Shown here: positions 53,760 to 58,329 of the stretch, one piece after another
Position numbering within the stretch: the stretch's first letter is position 1
How the letters are laid out: each line of letters begins with the position of its first letter
Origin: Ignavibacteria bacterium
Lineage (GTDB): Bacteria > Bacteroidota > Ignavibacteria > Tepidaquicellales > OLB5
DNA: 58,329 nucleotides
Assembly: GCA_043744495.1 (NCBI GenBank)
Contig: JAYTUN010000139.1
Location: 1 to 58,329, forward strand
Direction: 5' to 3'
Notes under the pieces: generated by a model
Database searches by the model: none
What the model saw: the letters and a program-made list of their open reading frames with translations, nothing else
What the model was told of the DNA's origin: nothing
Position numbers and translations under genes: made by a program

Positions 53760-54703
53760 TGAATGTATTCAGAGGTATTAACGAAATAACGCGTAACACC
53801 AAAACAGCAGTTACAATAGGCACATACGACGGACTTCACCTTGCTCACCGACAGGTAATTAATAAAGTTACCTCGCTTGCAAACGAAAAAGGGCTTCGTT
53901 CTTTTATAGTTACATTTGAGCCGCATCCGCAGGAAGTCTTAAAAAACAAGACTCCCGATATTAAGCTGCTCACAGCAATTGATGAAAAACTCAGGCTGTT
54001 TGAAAAAGCAGGGATTGAAAATGTACTGGTGATAGAGTTCACTGAAGAATTTTCCAAAAACAATGCGAGAGAGTTTTACGAAAAGTATGTTTATGGCGGT
54101 TTAGGGTTAAGCGATCTTGTAATAGGCTATGACCATTTGTTCGGCAGGAACCGCGAAGGTAGCTTTGAAACACTTAAAGCGCTTGGCAGTGAATATGGAT
54201 TCAGCATTCACCGCGTAGATGAAATTGATGTTGATGGCAAACCTGTAAGCTCAACAAGAATACGCCATGCGCTTGCAGATGGTAATATAGAAGAAGCAAA
54301 TAAACTGCTTGGCTATGAATACGGATTTGACGGCATAGTTGTAGAAGGTGATAAAGTAGGAAGAACAATAGGATATCCCACAGTAAACCTTAAGCCCGTA
54401 AAGGAAAATAAAGTTATGCCGAAGGAAGGTATATATTGTGTGAGGGTTGTTCATATTGGGAACGAGTATTACGGAATGATGTATCACGGCTTTCGTCCTA
54501 CTTTAAGCGAAGGAATAATACGCGCACTGGAAGTACATATATTTGATTTTAATAAGAACGTATATGGCGAAAAATTGACAATAAGTTTCCTTACAAGGCT
54601 TAGAGATGATAAGAAATTCACAGGCAAAGAAGAGCTCATAGCGCAGATAGATAAAGATAAGGAAGATTCGCTGAAGTATATTAATGTGAAATATCATACG
54701 TGA
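53759..54703 (+). CDS. ribF: Bifunctional riboflavin kinase / FAD synthetase
   Basis: VTIGTYDGLHLAHRQVI (FMN adenylyltransferase) and GYPTVNL...E (riboflavin kinase). Its ATG overlaps the PIN TGA (tgatg). Confidence 0.9.
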   Translation: MNVFRGINEITRNTKTAVTIGTYDGLHLAHRQVINKVTSLANEKGLRSFIVTFEPHPQEVLKNKTPDIKLLTAIDEKLRLFEKAGIENVLVIEFTEEFSKNNAREFYEKYVYGGLGLSDLVIGYDHLFGRNREGSFETLKALGSEYGFSIHRVDEIDVDGKPVSSTRIRHALADGNIEEANKLLGYEYGFDGIVVEGDKVGRTIGYPTVNLKPVKENKVMPKEGIYCVRVVHIGNEYYGMMYHGFRPTLSEGIIRALEVHIFDFNKNVYGEKLTISFLTRLRDDKKFTGKEELIAQIDKDKEDSLKYINVKYHT

Positions 54704-54792
54704 AAACTTCCTGAGCTTTGCATAGTAAGTCAGGCGTGAAAAAAGAAAATAACAGCAAACAAATAATAACTCATAAGGAGACAAGAATAAAG

Positions 54793-55062
54793 ATGTTAAC
54801 AAAAGAAGCAAAACAGGAGATCGTAACCAAGTATGGTACGAGCGCAAAGGATTCAGGGAAATCTGAGGTCCAGATAGCAATTTTAACCGAAAGGATAAAT
54901 ACACTTACAGCTACCCATTTTAACACTAAGAAAAAAGATAATCACTCACGACTGGGATTATTGAAAATGGTTGGTAAAAGAAGAAGGCTGTTAAGATATC
55001 TTGAAAACAAAGATGTTAACAGGTACAGAACAATAATTAAAGAATTAAACATAAGGAAGTAA
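54793..55062 (+). CDS. rpsO: 30S ribosomal protein S15
   Basis: 89 aa from the ATG after aaggaga. [40 protein letters not shown]. Confidence 0.9.
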   Translation: MLTKEAKQEIVTKYGTSAKDSGKSEVQIAILTERINTLTATHFNTKKKDNHSRLGLLKMVGKRRRLLRYLENKDVNRYRTIIKELNIRK

Positions 55063-55105
55063 TTTTAAAAGGACTATAATAATAAAAGGCTTGTTATCCT
55101 GATAA

Positions 55106-55178
55106 GTCAGGGCGACGAAATAACATCTGCACGGTGTCTGAATTAAACCAGGCAATACGGCTGTTATTTCGCCATCCT
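55106..55178 (+). promoter_or_regulatory. Long imperfect stem-loop in the rpsO-pnp spacer (candidate pnp leader structure)
   Basis: The arms cagggcgacgaaataaca and tgttatttcgccatcctg pair with two bulges and enclose a 36-nt loop. Confidence 0.4.
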
Positions 55179-55270
55179 GCTTGATGCATAATATTAGTAT
55201 TATGTATAAATCGGGGTAACTACTTAAATCTTAGCAGTCCTTAATTAATTAAAGGAGAAAAAAAATACAA

Positions 55271-57430
55271 ATGGTAACAGTTAAAGAAATTGAGCTTGGC
55301 GGAAGAACGCTGAGGCTTGAAACCGGTAAGCTTGCAAAACAGGCAAGCGCTTCAGTGCTTGCGGCTTACGGTGATACAGTGGTATTATGCACAGTAGTTG
55401 GTGCAGAAACAGTTAAAGAAGGACAGGACTACTTCCCTTTACAGGTTGAGTTCAGAGAAAAAACAGCGGCAGTGGGCAAGATCCCCGGCGGCTTTTTTAA
55501 ACGCGAAGCAAGACCAAGCGAAAAAGAAATTTTAACATCAAGGCTTATTGATAGACCAATACGTCCGCTTTTCCCGGAAGATTATATGTGCGAAATTCAG
55601 GTTATCTGCACAGTATATTCTTCTGACCAGGAAAACGATGCTGATGTAATTGCGGCAGTTGGCGCCTCAGCAGCGTTAATGGTTTCAAATCTTCCGTTTG
55701 AAGGACCGATGAGCGAAGTTAGAGTTGGAAGAATTAACGGTGAGTTCATTGTTAACCCAACCCATACCCAGCTTAAGGATAGCGACATGAATATGATAAT
55801 AGGCGGTACGGCTGATTCGATTGTAATGGTTGAAGGCGACAGCAAAGAAGCAGGCGAAGCGGATATTCTAGAAGCAATTAAATTTGCACACGAAAACATT
55901 AAAAAACTTTGTGAGTTTCAGAAGGAATTTGCTGCTGAGCGTAATGTTACAAAACGCGTTATAGTGCCTGCGCTAGTTAACCAGCCTCTTTTTGACGAAG
56001 TGAAGAGCCTTGCTGCAAAAACAATGGGCGAAATTCACAGAGGCGATGTTACAAAAGATGAAAGAAGCCAGAAATACAAAGAGCTTTTTGAATCAATATC
56101 AGAGAGTTTAAAAGAAAAGTATCCCGATCAGGAAAAAGTTATTGCAAAGGCATTTGATGACGTTCAGTATTATGATATGAGAGAGATGATACTTTCAGAA
56201 GGCAGAAGGCTTGACGGAAGAAAGACAACTGATATAAGACCGATAACATGCGAAGTAGGATACCTGCCAAGGAACCACGGCTCGGCATTATTTACTCGCG
56301 GAGAAACACAGAGCTTAACCAGTATGACGCTTGGTACAAAATCTGACCAGCAGATAATAGACGGTTTAATGCCTGAAGAGAAGCGAAAGTTTATGCTGCA
56401 TTATAACTTCCCGCCATTTTCAACAGGTGAAAACGGAAGGTACAGTTCAACCGGAAGGCGCGAAATAGGGCACGGACATCTTGCACAGAGATCACTTGAA
56501 GTAATACTGCCTTCGGCTGAAGACTTTCCATATACAATCAGGATAGTATCTGATATTCTTGAATCAAACGGTTCATCCTCAATGGCAACTGTTTGCGCAG
56601 GCACACTTGCAATGATGGATGGCGGCGTTCCAATTAAAAGAGCCGTTGCAGGTATTGCAATGGGTCTGATAAAAGAAGGCGATAGAGTTGCAGTGCTTAG
56701 CGATATATTAGGCAACGAAGACTTTTTAGGTGATATGGATTTCAAGGTCTGCGGAACAACCGAAGGTATTACAGGTTTCCAGATGGATATAAAAATAAAA
56801 GGTGTATCGTTTGAGATAATGGAAAAAGCGCTTGCGCAGGCTAAAGAGGGCAGAATGCATATCCTTAAAATTATGAACGAAGCTATCGCAGAGCCAAGAG
56901 CAAGCATATCAGAATATGCTCCGCATCTTTATACTATGACAGTTCCAGTTGATATGATAGGCGCGGTTATTGGGCCGGGCGGAAAAAATATCCGCAATAT
57001 TATCGAGCTCTCAGGGGCGGAAATTAATATTGATGATGACGGCACAGTGGTTATTGCGGCGCTCTCGGGTGAATCAGCTGCTATTGCGCAATCAATGATA
57101 GCGAAGATCACAGAAGTACCTGAAAAGGGCAAGACCTATCTAGGTAAGGTTGTTAAGACAACTGATTTCGGTGCATTTGTGGAAATACTTCCCGGCAAGG
57201 AAGGATTACTGCACATTTCACAGATAGATAAAAAACGCGTTGCCAAGGTTGAAGATGTTTTAAAACGAGGCGATAAGATAACTGTTAAGGTTCTTGAGGT
57301 GGATAAGGCTACAGGAAAAGTATCCTTAAGCCATAAGGCAGTAATGGAAGATGAAGAAAATGCGGCTAAGGGAATCACTGACGCAGTGAAGATTGAAGAA
57401 GTGAAGAGCGAAGAAGCAAAGAGCGAATAA
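55271..57430 (+). CDS. pnp: Polyribonucleotide nucleotidyltransferase (PNPase)
   Basis: Two RNase PH-like domains, KH (IGAVIGPGGKNIRNI) and S1 (GKVVKTTDFGAFVEILPGKEGLLHISQI). Confidence 0.95.
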   Translation: MVTVKEIELGGRTLRLETGKLAKQASASVLAAYGDTVVLCTVVGAETVKEGQDYFPLQVEFREKTAAVGKIPGGFFKREARPSEKEILTSRLIDRPIRPLFPEDYMCEIQVICTVYSSDQENDADVIAAVGASAALMVSNLPFEGPMSEVRVGRINGEFIVNPTHTQLKDSDMNMIIGGTADSIVMVEGDSKEAGEADILEAIKFAHENIKKLCEFQKEFAAERNVTKRVIVPALVNQPLFDEVKSLAAKTMGEIHRGDVTKDERSQKYKELFESISESLKEKYPDQEKVIAKAFDDVQYYDMREMILSEGRRLDGRKTTDIRPITCEVGYLPRNHGSALFTRGETQSLTSMTLGTKSDQQIIDGLMPEEKRKFMLHYNFPPFSTGENGRYSSTGRREIGHGHLAQRSLEVILPSAEDFPYTIRIVSDILESNGSSSMATVCAGTLAMMDGGVPIKRAVAGIAMGLIKEGDRVAVLSDILGNEDFLGDMDFKVCGTTEGITGFQMDIKIKGVSFEIMEKALAQAKEGRMHILKIMNEAIAEPRASISEYAPHLYTMTVPVDMIGAVIGPGGKNIRNIIELSGAEINIDDDGTVVIAALSGESAAIAQSMIAKITEVPEKGKTYLGKVVKTTDFGAFVEILPGKEGLLHISQIDKKRVAKVEDVLKRGDKITVKVLEVDKATGKVSLSHKAVMEDEENAAKGITDAVKIEEVKSEEAKSE

Positions 57431-57456
57431 GAAGTAAATAATAACATATATATTAT

Positions 57457-57493
57457 ATGCCTGTTCAGTTTTGTAAATGGACAGGCATTTTTT
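57457..57493 (+). terminator. pnp terminator hairpin, copy 1 of a 37-bp perfect direct repeat
   Basis: atgcctgt...acaggcat stem followed by tttttt. Identical to 58074-58110. Confidence 0.7.
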
Positions 57494-57521
57494 GTTAAAG
57501 AATTTTTGTATAATTTATAGT

Positions 57522-57785
57522 ATGCCTGAATTATGCAGGTTTTACGGAATAGTAATTTATATGTTTGTAAAAGACCACTTTCCACCGCATTTTCATGCAA
57601 AATACGGTGAGTTTAGGGCTTTGATAAATATTGAAACCGGGGAATTTATAGAGGGAAGCTTACCCAGAAGAGCATTGAGACTAATTCAGGACTGGGTAGA
57701 ACTGTATAGGCAGGAATTAAATAAAAACTGGATAGAATCACAAAAAGACAATCCAGATATTCTAAAAATAGAACCATTAAAATAA
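57522..57785 (+). CDS. DUF4160-like small protein
   Basis: MPELCRFYGIVIYMFVKDHFPPHFHAKYGEFRA is a textbook DUF4160 N-terminus. I prefer the ATG at 57522 over the ORF-track start at 57477. Confidence 0.8.
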   Translation: MPELCRFYGIVIYMFVKDHFPPHFHAKYGEFRALINIETGEFIEGSLPRRALRLIQDWVELYRQELNKNWIESQKDNPDILKIEPLK

Positions 57786-57786
57786 A

Positions 57787-58050
57787 ATGATATATCTAAT
57801 AAAAGAAATAATATCAGCAGAACCATTTAAACTGAAATTAAAGTTTAATACAGGTGAAGTTAAAACAATTGACCTTGAGCCAAAGTTTTTGGAATGGTCA
57901 AAAACACCGGACAGTAAATTCAAACAGCTGCTTAACCCGGCTTATTTTGTAACCGTTAAGTATAACGATGAAATTGAATCTGTTTATTGGGATAACGGGA
58001 TAGATCTCTCGCCAAATGTATTGTATGATATGGATTTGATTGAAGCATAA
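57787..58050 (+). CDS. DUF2442-like small protein
   Basis: I.SAEPFKLKLKFNTGEVKTIDL...SVYWDNGIDLSPNVLY. Its ATG lies 1 nt after the upstream stop. Confidence 0.7.
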   Translation: MIYLIKEIISAEPFKLKLKFNTGEVKTIDLEPKFLEWSKTPDSKFKQLLNPAYFVTVKYNDEIESVYWDNGIDLSPNVLYDMDLIEA

Positions 58051-58073
58051 AGATAATTTTAGTTAAAAATTTA

Positions 58074-58110
58074 ATGCCTGTTCAGTTTTGTAAATGGACA
58101 GGCATTTTTT
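58074..58110 (+). terminator. Copy 2 of the 37-bp terminator repeat
   Basis: Identical 37-mer atgcctgttcagttttgtaaatggacaggcatttttt. Confidence 0.7.
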
Positions 58111-58329
58111 ATGACCTATATCATAGTATTGACATAAAAGATGTATTAAATTTGTATTGCAAATACTCACATATTAAGACCCGAATCCTTTGATTTGTTG
58201 AAAAATCTGAATAAACCATAATTATTATATACCAGTTGCCTCACATTAAAAGGTAACCGTAGTAGTATTATTTTTCTTTTCTTTTTTTGTTACTTTTTTT
58301 CTTTTCTTTTGTTAATATGTTAATAACTT

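Noticed and set aside
57457-58110. Considered an integron gene cassette/attC interpretation for the repeat-flanked DUF4160/DUF2442 pair
   Set aside because: No integrase, attI or typical attC imperfect-palindrome structure is visible. The repeat is simply a duplicated terminator hairpin. I kept it as an unexplained insertion signature instead.

Overview
AT-rich bacterial chromosomal window. Several proteins carry type-IX-secretion C-terminal sorting domains (NYPNPFNPSTKI..), so I infer an FCB-group organism (Ignavibacteriota/Bacteroidota-like). Five blocks are visible. (1) 0.1-3.5 kb: miscellaneous housekeeping genes (rhodanese, DUF5996-like, M24 peptidase, xth). (2) 4-29.3 kb: a large cell-envelope glycan locus. 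It holds GT4, GT2, GT9 and GT-C glycosyltransferases, two SDR epimerase/dehydratases, two sugar aminotransferases, a methyltransferase, two Wzy/O-antigen-ligase-like paralogs and a fused NDP-sugar pyrophosphorylase/PGM-like protein. A low-GC DUF6236-like gene and some gene remnants interrupt it. (3) 29.4-32.7 kb: LemA and membrane/outer-membrane proteins. (4) 32.7-46.3 kb: a surface-protein island with a seven-gene minus-strand operon (FecR-like, SBBP beta-propeller and beta-barrel genes, partly duplicated) plus several T9SS cargo proteins. (5) 46.9-57.4 kb: the conserved nusA-infB-rbfA-truB-ribF-rpsO-pnp array, carrying three small toxin-antitoxin-like two-gene modules (two DUF4160/DUF2442 pairs and one PIN pair). 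No rRNA, tRNA, CRISPR array, transposase or integrase was recognised. The window is rich in short repeat families. These include MITE-like elements with terminal inverted repeats, GC-rich hairpin repeats that also lie in frame inside coding sequences, and period-7 A-tract arrays that start at stop codons. All domain calls come from motif recognition by eye and need HMM/BLAST confirmation.
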